Positions 29,620 through 43,159 of a stretch of 64,000 nt of DNA are shown here, piece after piece. The notes under the pieces are model-generated. The model was given only the letters and a program-made list of their open reading frames with translations. It was not told the DNA's origin and searched no databases. Positions within the stretch are counted from its first letter, which is position 1, and each line of letters opens with the position of its first letter. The DNA lies in NCBI RefSeq assembly GCF_036321535.1, contig NC_087437.1, positions 3,782,001 through 3,846,000 of the forward strand, given 5' to 3'. Position numbers and translations under genes: made by a program. The DNA is from Camelus dromedarius. Lineage: Eukaryota.

Positions 29620-30602
29620 AAGGACAATTCAATATAATGCCTGTGAAAATTCCAACTGTCTTTTTTACAGAAATGGACAAACTGATTCCAAAATTCATAT
29701 GCGACTGCAAGGGACTCAGCATAGACAAAACAACCCAGTATCCAGAATACTGAAATAAACAACAATACAAAACCAAATAACAAAATTATGTAAGGGGCAA
29801 AGGATCTGAATAAACATTTCTCCAAAGATAATGCAAATAGCAAAAAGCACATGTAAAGATGTTTGATATCATAAATGATTGGGAAGTACAGATCAAAGCC
29901 ACAACATGACACCACTTCATACCCCACAAGATGGCAATTAAAAAGAAAGAAAATAGCAAGTGCTGGAGAAGATGTGGAGAAATTAGTCAGAACCCTCATA
30001 TACTACTGATGGGAATAAAAAAATGATACAAACTCTGTAGGGATTCCTCAATATATTAAACACAGAATCACCATATAACCCAGCACTCCTACTCCTATGC
30101 ACACACACAAAAGAACTGAAAATACATATTCATGCAGAAACTTATACAAGACTGTTCCCAGTATTATTATTTATATTAGCCAGGAAAGTAGAAACAACCC
30201 AACTATTCATGAACTGACAAATGGATAAATAAAATGTGGTATATCCATACAACAGAGAATCATTTAACCAAAAAAAAAGAATGAAATGATACATGCTATG
30301 ACATGGCTAAATGCTGGAAACATGCTAAAATGAGAAGTAAGGCGCAAAAGGTCACATATTATATAAATCCATTTAGATGAAATATTCAGAACAGGCAAAT
30401 TTAGAGACAAAAAGTGGATTAGTAGTTGCCAGGGGTTGGGGAAAGGAGAACAGGAAGTAATTGCTAAGGGCCAAGAGGTTTCTTTCTGGGGTGACAGAAA
30501 TGTTCTGGAATTAAATCAACAAATACACTAAAAAAACACTGAACTGTGTACTTTAAGATGGAGAATTTTACAACATGTGAATTACACTTCAAAAAATAAT
30601 AA
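29620..30602 (+). mobile_element. L1 (L1MB-like) ORF2 end and 3'UTR
   Basis: gaaatggacaaactgattccaaaattcatatg...ggataaataaaatgtggtatatccatacaa...tagtagttgccagggg. Confidence 0.85.
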
Positions 30603-31184
30603 AGCAGTAAAGGACAAGATCTGCAAAATAGTTTGTCATGATTTACTCCAACAGTAAGAGAACTAGTATTCAGTCTGTAGGTGATGTTGAGTCTAAAACT
30701 ACGCATCTAGAATAAAGGAGGTCAACTGGGTGACGGATTTCACACACTTAAAGCTATGGGACCGTAGCTTTCCAGAGTGGAGAAGATGGAGACGTGAGAG
30801 CTGTAACTAAGGAACTAGATGAGCAAGCCAGAGAGAGCGACCTCCAGGGCACAGCTCCTTTCTCATGTAAACTGCTGTGAGCCAAAGCAAGCTGCACTGT
30901 ACCTCACTGTAAGCAAAGCCAGTCCTTTGAAGAAAAGACTTCATTACAGATAAATAGAGGAGGGATACGATCACCACTTACTTCAAAAGGTTTAAAAGAT
31001 TAAAAATCAAACAGGATGTGCAAAGAACGTAAAATAGAACACAAACAGTTAATAAGTAACATACATAACCAGACACAAGTAGGGAGGGAAGAGACAAACT
31101 AGCCTAAGTAACTTGGAAGACAGATTTAGACTGTGTACCGTAAAGTTAAAGCCAAATACTGTACTTCAGGTGAAAAATGTGTTC

Positions 31185-33300
31185 CCAGAAGTCAGCAACA
31201 TGGCAGAGTGAAAAGCCACCTGTCTCTAACTACTATATATAAAATAGATAAACAACAAGTTTATACTGTATAGCACAGGGAACTATATTCAATTATCTTG
31301 TAGTAACTTCTGGTAAAAAAAATATGAAAATGAATATATGTATGTTCCTGTATGACTAAAGTATTGTGCTGTACACCAGAAATTGACACACTGTAAACTA
31401 ACTATACTTCAATAAAAATACTTAAAAAAAAAAAAAAAAAAGAAAAGCTGCCTGTCTTTCCACTTCAGTCTACAACCAATAAAGGATCCACAATGCAACA
31501 AAAGATGCCTCGGCCCAACACACCAGGACACCAGAGAATTCCATGCATCAGCACATCTAAAGGTGAGTGGACTGGAACACAGAGAGGTCCCCACCTCAGC
31601 AGCCAAGCCCTCAGCCCCGGAGAAACCAGGAGTAGCAGGGGAGGCGGTACACATGATTCCAGCCCCTTGGCACAGCAGGCCCTAGGGCCACAGGTTAACT
31701 GGGCAGCAGGGGCAGTGGGGCCTGGAACCCCACAGCTCCAGCCACTGAGGCACCCCTGACTCCATCCCACCCTACCCTCAGCAGTGGAGCTCTTGAACCT
31801 TACAACACCAGACACAGCAGAGGCATGTGTGCAACCCCAACTCCCCCAACAACCCCCGTTTTCCATTCCATAGCAATGAAGCCTGCAACTCAGGGGATCC
31901 CGGATGCAAAGGAAGAGCCCACCATCTGGGTGCATCAGGCAGCAACACTACCAGAAGCAAGGAGCCAACGACTCTGGAGGCACAAGAAGCAGTAACAAAA
32001 GCACTGGAGCCATGCCTCTGACAGAGGTGGGGATCATGCAAAGTGCAGACTCTCAGATATAGCCAGAAGCAGCTCAGAATCAGGCAGAAAGGTGGTCGCT
32101 ACTTCAAATGCACTGGCAGAGGAACAACTCATCAGCAACACAAAGAATCACAGTAACACTGTACCACAAAAATAAACTGACAATTCTCCAGAAATCAAAG
32201 TTTCAGAATATTGCAATCTAACAGAGAATTCCAAAAAGCAGTCAAGATCAACAACCAGCCACAAGAAAACCTAAAGGCAGTTCAATGAGCTCAGGAATGA
32301 AACCAACGAACAGACGGAACACTTTACCAAAGAGACTAAAATGCCAGAAAAGAACCAAAGAGCAACTCCAGAGCTGAAGAACTCAATAAACAAGATAAAG
32401 AGTGCATTAAAAAGCACTGGAAATAGAGCAGACCCCATGGAGGAGAGCATGAGAGAACCTGATGTCAGAACTCTAGAAATGATACAAGCAGAAGAAAGAG
32501 AAATGAGATATTTTTAAAAAGAGGAATTCCACAAGAGCTATCAGACTCTTTAGGAAGGGCAACATTAGGATAACAAACAACCAGGAAGGAAAAGAGAGGA
32601 AGAAGGGAACAGAGTTTATTTAAAGAAATAATAGCTGAGAACTTCCCAAGCGTGGAGAAGGAACCGATGTACAATTCCGTGAAGCTAAGAGAGCACCTCA
32701 TTACCTCAGTGCAAGAAGACCTTCTCCAAGACACATTATATTAAAATTGTCAAAAGTCAATGACAAAGAATTTTAAATTTTAAAGGGAAAAGGATGGTAA
32801 TAGAGGACCCCCTCCACCCTCTCCCATGGTGACCAGCAGACTTCTCAGCAGAAATTCTACAGGCCAGGAGGGAGTGGAATGACATTCTCAAAATAGTGAG
32901 ATTAAAAAGTGTCATTCAAGAATGCTCTCTACAGCAAAGTTATTATTCAAATGCGAAGGACAACGACTTTCCCAGACAAACAAAATCTGAGGCAGTTCAG
33001 CAGCACTAGACCTGTCTTACAAGAAATGGTACATGGACTCTGCTACCAGAAACAAGAGGTGAAGGTACACAAAACTCTGAGGAATGTGGCAATCAGAAAA
33101 TTGCTCCTTTTTATCAGAATAGGTTCTTAACAACTTATTATAGCATAAAGAATCAAGGGAGAAAAAAAAAACTATATTAACTTCAATTTGGTAACAAGCT
33201 CAACATAAAAGGGGTAATTTGAGACTACACCAAAAAATAGGAAAAAGATTAAACCTGTATAGGTAAAATTACATCTCTTTAGAAAAAAAAATTGTAATGT
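31185..33300 (+). mobile_element. L1 5'UTR and ORF1 remnant
   Basis: Starts with YY1-like caacatggcagag, followed by a GC-richer 5'UTR and ORF1 text (gaaataatagctgagaacttccc; gacttctcagcagaaa; ttcccagacaaacaaaa). Confidence 0.8.
31226..31441 (+). mobile_element. Young L1 3' end nested in the older L1 5'UTR, with 16-bp TSD
   Basis: Poly(A) tail; TSD gaaaagccacctgtct (31210-31225) / gaaaagctgcctgtct (31442-31457). Confidence 0.92.
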
Positions 33301-34030
33301 GTTTCTCACAGGGAAAAAGTTAGCAATTCTGAAACTACTTTTGTGTGTGTACACAAAGATTGAAAAAATATGTGAATTTCTGTGGGTGAGAATCAGGTTT
33401 CTTAACTCTGGAGGAGAAAGTAAAAAAAAAGGGGGGGAATTGGGGGAGTGGGGGGGGAGACTAGAATGAACCCTCAGGTATGGGACTGGAACTAGCAGCA
33501 TCAGTATGAACACGTGGTTTTTAATTTACATACAGATGGATAAAGAAATAAAAATATACTTGTACATATACTACAAATATATACATATTTGCTAGCTCTA
33601 TCTACTGAAAGGACCTAGAAACAATAAGACCTCAACAGTACTGAACACATCTGGCACTCAGATCTTAGTTTCTAGACACTTCTCTGCAATAAAATGAATC
33701 TGCCTCCTTTGGAAAAATGGTTGATTCCAAGGCTGGTGCAAACAGAAAAAATATGAGATGCACCTGTAACACACTGTGGTACCAGAAAGTGAATTAGTAT
33801 TCACAAAATGATGAGTGCACTGTAGCAAGGACATAGGAGGCAAATTTGAAAGTGCTCTCACTAACCAAAGATGGAACAATTTGAGCAACAAAGCATTAGA
33901 TTTTAACCCACATGGTAAAATACCCACAGATCCATGTAAATAAATAATCGGACAATTTACAAAAGGAGAAAAAAGGACAGTTCTTTCTTAACAGTAGAAC
34001 TGCCATTAATAAATACATAGGGAATGAGAG

Positions 34031-34489
34031 TGTAGGGGTGAAGATGTACCACTACGGCATGTGGATTGTACTGAGCTAACGGCAAAAGAAACCCTGCAGG
34101 CTCAAGAGAAACAACCGCTCATCCCTTGACTACCTCGAATTTAAACTGGAGATTTTCCCCAGAAAAAGACTTAGAACCAGAAATACATTTTATCTAAGTG
34201 GACCCATATGTACGGCAGGGCAAACATCTAAGTATCAAACACCTGCTCATCTGCTCACTGTCTGTGAGTGACCCTCCTATCCTTGGAAGCCCCAGGCCCT
34301 GACCATCCTCAGCTCAGAATGGCACATACATCTCATTCTACCTTTCTATCTCTGAACCTCTCATGGATGTGGGGTTCCAGGACCCATAAATTAAAATTTC
34401 ATTTTCTCCTCTTAATCTGTCTCATGACATTCTAATTCTTGGACCAGCCAGAAGAACCTAGAAGGGTACATTTTTCTTCCTCTCCAACA
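34031..34489 (+). mobile_element. ERV1 solo LTR (MER34-like)
   Basis: TG...CA ends; ggcatgtggattgtactgagctaa.ggca near the 5' end and ttaatctgtct...gaacctagaagggta near the 3' end. Interrupts an L1MC-like 3'UTR (about 33330-34660). Confidence 0.7.
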
Positions 34490-35983
34490 AAAGAAACAGA
34501 AAATCACCACTAGGCAAACACCACAGTAGTAATTGCTGCCAGCAAGAACCTTGATAGATGCAAAAAGTGGCCTGTGCAAAGTATGTTAGAGAAACAGAAT
34601 GTCTGCAGTTTCAAAGTATCTCCCCACAAGAGAAAAGAATTTATTACAAAGGAAAAAATACATTTATTACTAAACATGCAACTAAAGTCTTTTACAGCCT
34701 TCAGATAGCAACAATTATTCTACTAATAATATCAGAGTGAAAAAAAACTTCTTAAGAAGACTGTGGTCCTCCTTTGGTAAAGGTTATTACTTTCCATAAA
34801 ATCCACAGACTAGCCAGTAATTCAACCATACAAATGGCACACACTTTCCTTCCTTCTCCTAGTTCCCCCTCGCCAATGGCATGCAGCAGTTAGTGCGTGG
34901 GCTTACTTCTACAAGCTATAGCAAACCAAACCCTTATGAAATCAAAGGCATGACTATGGCATTCTTTGCACCCTGCAGTTAACAGACCAAAATGGTCACA
35001 GGTACAGCAGGGAGCCGTGTAACCCCTAAAAAACAATTTGTGGTCAGACACAATTTAATATCATCAAAAATTACCAACTTGGAATCCTACAGGTTTAAGC
35101 GAAATGAGAATTTCTTTGCTGCCACAAAATCACCTCTACTTTATTGATACCACATCACAGCTGGGGAAATTAGTGTACAGGAAGACAGAACTAGCTTAAA
35201 AGGAAAGAGGTATCAGCAAAGGACTCCTCAAAAATGAGAATGCCCTCAACCATGCACATGTAAACAGACGCTGACCACAGCGAGGCTAGGACTAGAGTGC
35301 ATTTCCAAGGGCTGGCCCCTTGTATGAGAATTGAAAAAACACATGTCCTGCCCCTGACACGAGTGAAAGAGCTGGTGGTAATGTCCACACTTTACAAAAG
35401 ACTGTAAAAAGGTACTTGACAGGCAAAAGAAAGCCACGTACTCCACACCCTAAATAAGTAAATCTGAAGAAAATTGCTGAACTTTGAGAGGAGTCTACTT
35501 GAAATTTTGTAAATGGATAAAAAGGGAAAGGGCATTGCAGACACAGGAGGTCTGGCACTTTCTAAAACGAACAACTCAGAACATTTCAGTCAATTTCAAA
35601 GAACAATAAAATGGCTTTCCAACAGTAAAAGTTCTGAAAGCAAGTAAAATTATTTAATCCAGATTGTAGCATTTTTGCCTACTGATAGATACAAATCATG
35701 AAATACCCAAACCCCAAGCCAAAGCAGAGTCAAAATCATAATTTGGTAAAACCATGAGAAAAGCATTAAGACAGAAAAATATGTGAAACCATGAAATTAG
35801 AAGCTGCTTAAAAACCAATGCCAAAAATAATTTACTCCAATTTATTCATCAACAAGGTGAAGGAAATCAGTATTTCCTCAGCAGCTTTTCATGCCAGGCG
35901 CTTACATGCCTTGTCCTACTTTGACCCCAACAAGCCTGGAGCAGAGTCTTCATCCCTTCACAAGGGAGGATGGCAAAGCTTAA

Positions 35984-36182
35984 AGGAACTTCTCAAACTC
36001 AGTACCACGGACATTTGGGGCCAGATAGTTCTTCGCTTTGGTGGGGGACAGAGGGCTGCCTTGTACATCACAAAATGTTAACCAGCACCCCTGCCTCTAC
36101 CCACTGGATGGCAGAAGCATCCACCCACAGCTCTAGGCACTGTCCCATGGAGGCCAAAATTGCCCCCGGCTGAGAACCACTG
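35984..36182. mobile_element. MER20 hAT MITE
   Basis: ttctcaa..cagtacca.ggacatttggggccagata.ttctt...ctctacccactggatg...cccccggctgagaaccactg. Confidence 0.88.
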
Positions 36183-37991
36183 AGTTACAATGAAGAAGCC
36201 CGTAATTTTCATTCAATGGACAGTGGCTACACACCAGACTCTGTCCGAACTGCATGAGGGACACCTGAGGGTCTTTGCCTCAGGAGCTTACTTTGAACCC
36301 TGGTCTTGTGGCCCTACTGGTGTTCAATTTTAAGACAAACCTCTGTCCACACACAGACCTGTACGACAGGCACATGCACGTGACAGTCTGACCTTCCTCA
36401 CACTCCCTGTGGCCACCCCACGTCCGCTACCTCCCCCAGCCAGGAGGTGGCACCCCCATTCACCTGCTCGTGAGGCTCAACAGCTTGTGGTCATTTCTGA
36501 CCCCATCTTCCCCTCACGCCCCATTATCTAGCAGCAGGCTCTTCCCAGGAGTGAAATGTCCCTCTCACCCCCTACTCTCCATCCGCTTCACTCCAACGCA
36601 GATACAAGGCCAACTCCCTCCTTGGTCTCTAACAGAAGAAATTAAAATAAACACACCTCTCTTGGACCCTCAAATGACTGAAGGGTATATAGCAAGATAC
36701 CGTAACTGAACTGCCAACCTCGGGGTAGGGGCCCGTGGATATCCGAGTGGTCGGCAAAGACCACATCCTCCTTTTCTGGAGTGGGAAAGGAAACTGAAAT
36801 TTCCCATCCGATCAGACACTTTCACTCAGATGTCAACTCTCAGTCAATAGCAGCCCTGACGAGGGGTAAGAGGACACAGCAGAGATTAGTTCACATGCCA
36901 TTAAAAAGTGGCATGCACGCTATTTCTGGCACTTGTGTGCCTGCTCCAAGGGACTGCAGAACCGACACTCAAGAGAGAAGTGAGGGACGGTTCCCAAAGA
37001 AAGCTTGAACCAACAACCCCTCCCAATGCATAAAGCCACATGAAGGCAAGTACAGCAGACATTCCATTAGGGAAACTCCACAACAGATGGTCAAATGACA
37101 TCTAGTGAAATAACCGCATACAAAGGCGTATATATTAAATACTCATACATATGACACACAGCACCAAAACGCTAATTTACCTGCACTGCAAATGAAAGGC
37201 TTTGATTTAAGTGGAGAAAAAAAATAAATCCAGGATCTATTTTAAAGTTGATCTCTCCCCTAGGGAGAGAATAGAACGTTATTGTACTAATGGTTCTTGG
37301 GAAATGTTTTATCCTTTTTGACTTTAAGACATCACAGTCAAGATAACTTTAAATTCAGTATCTGAAATTCACAGCCTAATCAAAAGTTATAATTTACATT
37401 TCACAGTTTTTAAAAAAAACAGTGATCAAGAGAAGTATTATGGGTAACACTCGAAATCATTCTGCCTTAGTTATTATTTCTGAGTTTTCCTGTAAAGGAC
37501 TGAGCAGCAACCACCAGGATAGGTAGCAAATATATTCAGTCAGGGTTCTGCTGCTATTCAGGCCTTATCAGGTTGTGCGTTTTAAGTAATAATAATTTCC
37601 TCAAGGATGCTTCAATGTCTCAGAACTTTAGGAAAGAACAACAACAAAAAAATGTGTTGTGCTAAATTTCTGTTTCCTCTTGGGGAACACATGTTTAGGT
37701 CAGCACCTTTATGAAATGACCAAAAGTAAAGCCAAAAGGTCTCACTTAAGCAAGCAATTATCATTAACAGGAATATTAAAGACATAACTCCAATCTGAAA
37801 AAGCAGAGTCTGAAGTTGAATTAAATGTCCAGTTACAAACACCCAAAAGTGATGTTACTGACCTGCTATTGCTGTCCTCCTCCTTCCACACCTACGGTAG
37901 ACAGCCTTGTAACATTTCATACAAACTTATTCTAAATGTGTCCAATAGCCTAAACTAATCTAATTGAACACAATTTGAGTCATTTCCTTGT

Positions 37992-38322
37992 ACATTTGAC
38001 GCTCCACATCCACAGGTTCTGTGTCAGATTTAACCAACTGCATATCAAAAATATTAAAAAAAAAAAAAAATCCAGAAAGCTCCAAAAAGCGAAACCTGAA
38101 TTTGTTGCATCCTAGCAACTATTTACATTGTTTTTTACAACGATTTACACCGTATTTACATTACATTAGGTATTATATGTAACCTATTAGATGATTTAAA
38201 GTGTTTGGGAAGATGTGCATAAGCTATATGCACTACTATGTCATTTTGTATAAAGGACTTGTGTGTCCTTGGATTTTGGTATCTGCAGGGTTCCTGCAAT
38301 ACCTCAATACCGAGGGGTGATG
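37992..38322. mobile_element. MER2/Tigger-family MITE
   Basis: tccagaaagctccaaaaagc.aaac.tgaatttg...ttaggtattata.gtaa...ggattttggtatctgcaggg. Confidence 0.85.
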
Positions 38323-41300
38323 ATAATTCTAAGACATATACCTTTGTCAATATTAACTTAAAGCCTTGAAGAGGGGAGACCTATTGACAAGTGCATATAA
38401 ATATCAGCCATACAAATTCAAGAGGAAATGCATCAATAGCCTTTTTCTCTTAAGAAATCCTTTCCTGTATGAAATGATGGCATTAACATTACCCAACAAT
38501 TATAGCTCACCAACCAGTTTTTACTTTATTGCCTTTTACTAACACTTGTCCATATGAAAACTGTAAAAATAATCTTGTCACAGCTGATTCCTGAAATCAC
38601 TATAAAAAGAACTTCTTTTAACAAAGTAAATGTGGGAGGAACTTTCGAACTTATCCTTAAGAGATCTTTAAGATGTTACATGTAACAACAATGTAATTTA
38701 AAAATTACCCCAGCTAACTTTACCATCAAGCTAAGGTGTTGTTTCCAGCTTTAGAACAAAATTTAACCTTGTTAAACAGATTATGGTTAACCAACATCTC
38801 AGAAGAAGATCTGCCTTGGGCTCCAAGGGGAGTGTTCCCTAAAAGACTACTTTGACTGACACTGCTTCAGTGAACAGAGTTGAGCTCTGCTGACATTAAA
38901 TAAATGATAAAAACATTAAGACAAATCATGTATTTAGGACTCAGCTGTCAAGACTATTGATTACAAATAATCTCTGCAGCAGTCTTCCTCTGGGTTAAAT
39001 TACTACAGTTTATAAAATGTTATCATAAAATCTCTTTTAGTTACAACTCTTTTCTGTAAATATTGATTAAGAACATTATTTGATCAGTAAAACTGCAAAC
39101 ATAATAAACTACGTTTTCCACACCAAAGATAATATTTTTACAACCTGGTTTCCTATTTCTAGTCAAAGAAATACAATTAAGGTGGCTTCTCACCCCAATT
39201 TCCTTATAGTTCTTCCACCTACTCTAACACAATCTCTTCTTGACACATTCCTAGTGATCAACAATTTGAACTTGAATAAGAAACTATTTTTTTAAAAGTA
39301 AAGTATAAATAAAAATACTGTCATTTTCAAATGCTATCCCAAAAGATCAGAGGAATTTATTTTAGATAGATTAGCCCTGCCTCTAACCTTAAATTAAGCA
39401 TGTCCTAAAATCTTGAAGACTATAACATTTCCATATTTAAGGCTATGTAAAATAGTTTTATGTGCATTAATTTTACATTGTTTTTTCTACGGGAAAGGCC
39501 AAATTTATTCCAAAGAAACAAATCCATTACTGGGAAGGAGAAACTATCTACAAAATTCTCCTGCTAAAAATATCTTTTCTAATACCATCCCTTTAAACAC
39601 ACAAATGATTAACTTTTTAAAAATCAGAAAAAGAGTCACTTACTTGTGCACCTCAGATTTCTAAACAGTATCTGTTTAGATGTGTGATAAACATGGAAAA
39701 GGAGTTCCAAAGGATGTGGATAAAATCCTAACCCACAAATGGAAGTCTAGGACCAGCCCCTGAAATTCCAGGAAACTAACACTTAATATACTTCTAGTGA
39801 CTGACTGGAAGTATTCATAAAGCATCCTGGAGATTAAGGCTAAAAACTGGTCAAGGTTTGCTGAGGAAGTTCAAGTGGGCCCACGGGAGAGAGGTCCAGA
39901 AGAATGGAAACTGAAGCACCAAAAAACATTACCAGCATTGCTGAAAGGAACCACAGGGATGAAGTGATGCCTCCAACAACCCCTGCAGTCAGGACACACG
40001 ACCGAAGAATCTGCAGGCTGACACTCCAGGGAGCCACCATCAGTTGTGCCCTGTGCACACCTGGAGGTGTTAACTCATCTACAGACCACCTGGAGGATTT
40101 TGTTTCTGGGTAACAGGAGCATCACTTGGTCACTCAGGCAAACCAACTGTGTGTCACCTGGTGTTCCAGGCACTTCACATAGCAGGCTTCATTCTCCCTC
40201 ACACCGACCCTCCAAGGGGGCATTATCCCAATTTCAGATGGGAAAACTCAGAAGCTGAAACTTATAAGCCCATCTCTTTCTACACTGGCCCCTGGGTTCT
40301 TGGTAGAGCCCCAAATTTTCCTATGGGCTTAAAGCCTTAACACTGTTGACAATTCTGTACTTAACTCCACCCATTCCCTAACTAATAATGACATAGAGAG
40401 CATCTTAGCAACTACTGTGACCCCCTCTCCACATTCAACTGTCATAACATTAATGCCAGGTGGCATATTAGTATGCAAACACTGGACTAGGCTATTCACA
40501 ATTAATGTTTACTGAGCAGTTACTCACTGCGAGATATTGTTCTAAATGCTAACAACCACATCATAAGGTAGGTTCTATCAATATCTTTGTTTCTCAGGTA
40601 AAGAAATTGAAGCACAAAATGTTTTACTAATTTGCACAAGGCCAAATTGTAAGTGTGGACTCCAGCACTCAAATCGGGTTGCCTGGTTCCACAGTGCATG
40701 GAACAACCCTTCCTCTCTCACAAGAGAATTTATACAGGGCTTAATCCTCTTAACTATGTAAGCTAAATTTTATCAATCCCAATTTATAGATGAGGAAGCA
40801 GAGGCTCAGAAAGGTGAATCTCTTTCAAGTCACACTGCTTTTAGTGGTTAAGGTATAATTTGAATCCGTTTTTGCTTCACATCCCTAAGATGCTAATACA
40901 TTATGTAAAAGAGAATATTAACTATATAACGGAAAGCAACAATAAGCCACCTATCTCAAAATGACCAATTGGTTTTGAAAATTTCTGGGCTATATATATG
41001 TCCTCCTTAAAAACATTTAAGAAATGAAAAAGTGTCATGGTAATGAGAAATTGACAAAAATGACTACTCATTATTATGAGGCAGAAAATCTCCACAAGTT
41101 TTTAAAAATTATATTATTTTTTACTACAAGGCCAAATCATTACCTGGCCATAAAGCGCAGATCTCAGACACAGCACGCACCATGCTCCCACCTCACAACC
41201 ACTCCCTCCCTCCTCAGCAGACAATGAGAGTCAGCTTTATTAGTCATGCTCCTTTTCCTAAGAGATCAAGAAACAAAAAGCAACGTCTAATAATCCACGG

Positions 41301-42740
41301 ACTTTAGGCTACACTCTTGAACCTAGTAACATTCTGAAAGCAGATGCTCAAACGTTAGGTGTTACTGAAGATACAACTACCAAGAAATAAGTAGACAAAT
41401 GCATTTAATATGCTGTGTCTCTTGTGTAGAAAGGATTTGCATTTCTTAAGTCTATCAACTAAAAGAGAAAGGAAAAAATCTCAGAAGAGATTTTCCATAC
41501 CACCAGACAAAAATATTACTGCTTTCCAATGCTATTTCTAAAGCTCCAATTAGACAGTGTAACTCCTCTGCATCTACACACTTCAGTATTTCAGAAAATG
41601 TCTTCCACCAATTACCAACCCAGAGTAAAACTGAGCCAGATAATCATGTCTCTCATGATATATTTCCCACATACCCCAGGGGTCTCAGATAGCAGAACAG
41701 ATTACAGCATACAAGAAACGTCCATTTTAAAATTACTAGTCCTACTTAGGACAAGCAAGCTTACATTTCCAACAACGGAAAAACAAATTAGAAAGCAACC
41801 AGCAAGCCCAAAGCCCAGCTGCAGCTCCTTTGTACTAGATACAGATTTTAAAAACCAAAGATACAAGAGAACAAATTGTAATTTATAAGTATCCTTTACA
41901 GCATTTTGCAGCCCCACTAAAAACATAAATTTTAAAAAGACTATCACACACAAATAAGAAATCAGTCCAAAGAATAACTGTGGTTGTTTCAGGAGGGGAA
42001 GAAAAAAATCATTTATTCAGAGCTGCTGAACGCTTTTAAAGAATAATCAGTGCCGTGTACCAAAAAGCATTAAATATTTTAATGACGCCAAAGGAATCAA
42101 GTAACATGTGAATGATAATCCAGTACATCTGCCGTGTCCGGTGGACAAACAGGTTCCACTGTCAACCTCCAAAAGGATGTTTTGAAATGAGGAGGAACTT
42201 TAATGAAGGAAATCATCTCAGAACGTTTCGTTAAAATCAGGGTTGTATTTGTGAACTGAAAAACAGAATTAGGTTTTTTTCCCCAGAGTAACTGCATTTA
42301 ATTTTTTTAATCGCCTTCTTTCTTATAAACGAATCCAGTCAACCGGTATCAAGGCTTGATATGCAAATAGACAGGGATGCAGTGCAGAACCTCCCTCCCC
42401 TTCCCACTCCCCTCCAGTAATTCCTTTCACAAAGCTACCGATACAAGCAGAGATGCTATCTGAAATGAAAACTTCCTTTCATTCCCTAAGCTCAAGAAAG
42501 CAGGCTCCTCAGGAAAGCAGAATCACGCTCAGCCACCCCACGGAACCTTCATTTTCCAAATGCCCGATGTTTCCAAAATACAAGCTAGATACCCCGAGAC
42601 AGTAATTCCCTGGGCGCTTCACAATCAAAGGGAAAAATAAAACCGGAGAAATAAAAAGGTGGAAAAAGAAAGAAACAACTTGAAAGCCAACCACCACACC
42701 CTCAACTCCGCGTTGCAACCCGTGTGCCAGGGGCCTTTAC

Positions 42741-42746
42741 CTTCAT
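42741..42746 (-). CDS. ATP2C1: ATP2C1 canonical start, codons Met-Lys
   Basis: AAG ATG AAG|gt. Joined to the next exon it gives [11 protein letters not shown], the known SPCA1 N-terminus. An in-frame TAG lies upstream in the same exon. Confidence 0.9.
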
Positions 42747-42924
42747 CTTCCATCGAAACTGCACTTGGGTTGATGGCTACAAAGTCTTTAGTGTCAGCCG
42801 CGGCCACACTGGGTAGAGGGAGGAGAGGAGGAGGACAAGAGGAGAAGCCCCGGAATCCCAGGCTGTCACCCCCGCTCCCGGCCGCGCGGCCCACGGCTGC
42901 TCCCACCACCCCTAGCAGCAGCAT
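42741..42924 (-). other. ATP2C1: ATP2C1 exon 2 (184 nt; mostly 5'UTR, ends with the first two codons)
   Basis: Acceptor cttctcccggtttctcttgcag| at 42925 and donor ATGAAG|gtaaag at 42741/42740. Confidence 0.85.
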
Positions 42925-43159
42925 CTGCAAGAGAAACCGGGAGAAGCGGCGCTGACGGGAGCGCCAGGGAACCAGCCCGCCGCCCCTCGGGAGCCCGGAC
43001 CCGCACCCGCCCGCGGGGCCGCGCCCCGGACGCCCCCCGCCCGGTACCCCGGACGCCCCTCCCTCAGGACCTGGAAGTTTCTGGAAACGGGGACCGGGAA
43101 GTATTCCGGGCACCCCCCTCAAAGCCCCAGACCCCTTCCGCAGGCTGCGGGGGACTCAC

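Noticed and set aside
31465..32041. GC-rich segment with several ORFs, possible promoter or gene
   Set aside because: CpG-depleted L1 5'UTR directly preceding an ORF1 remnant.
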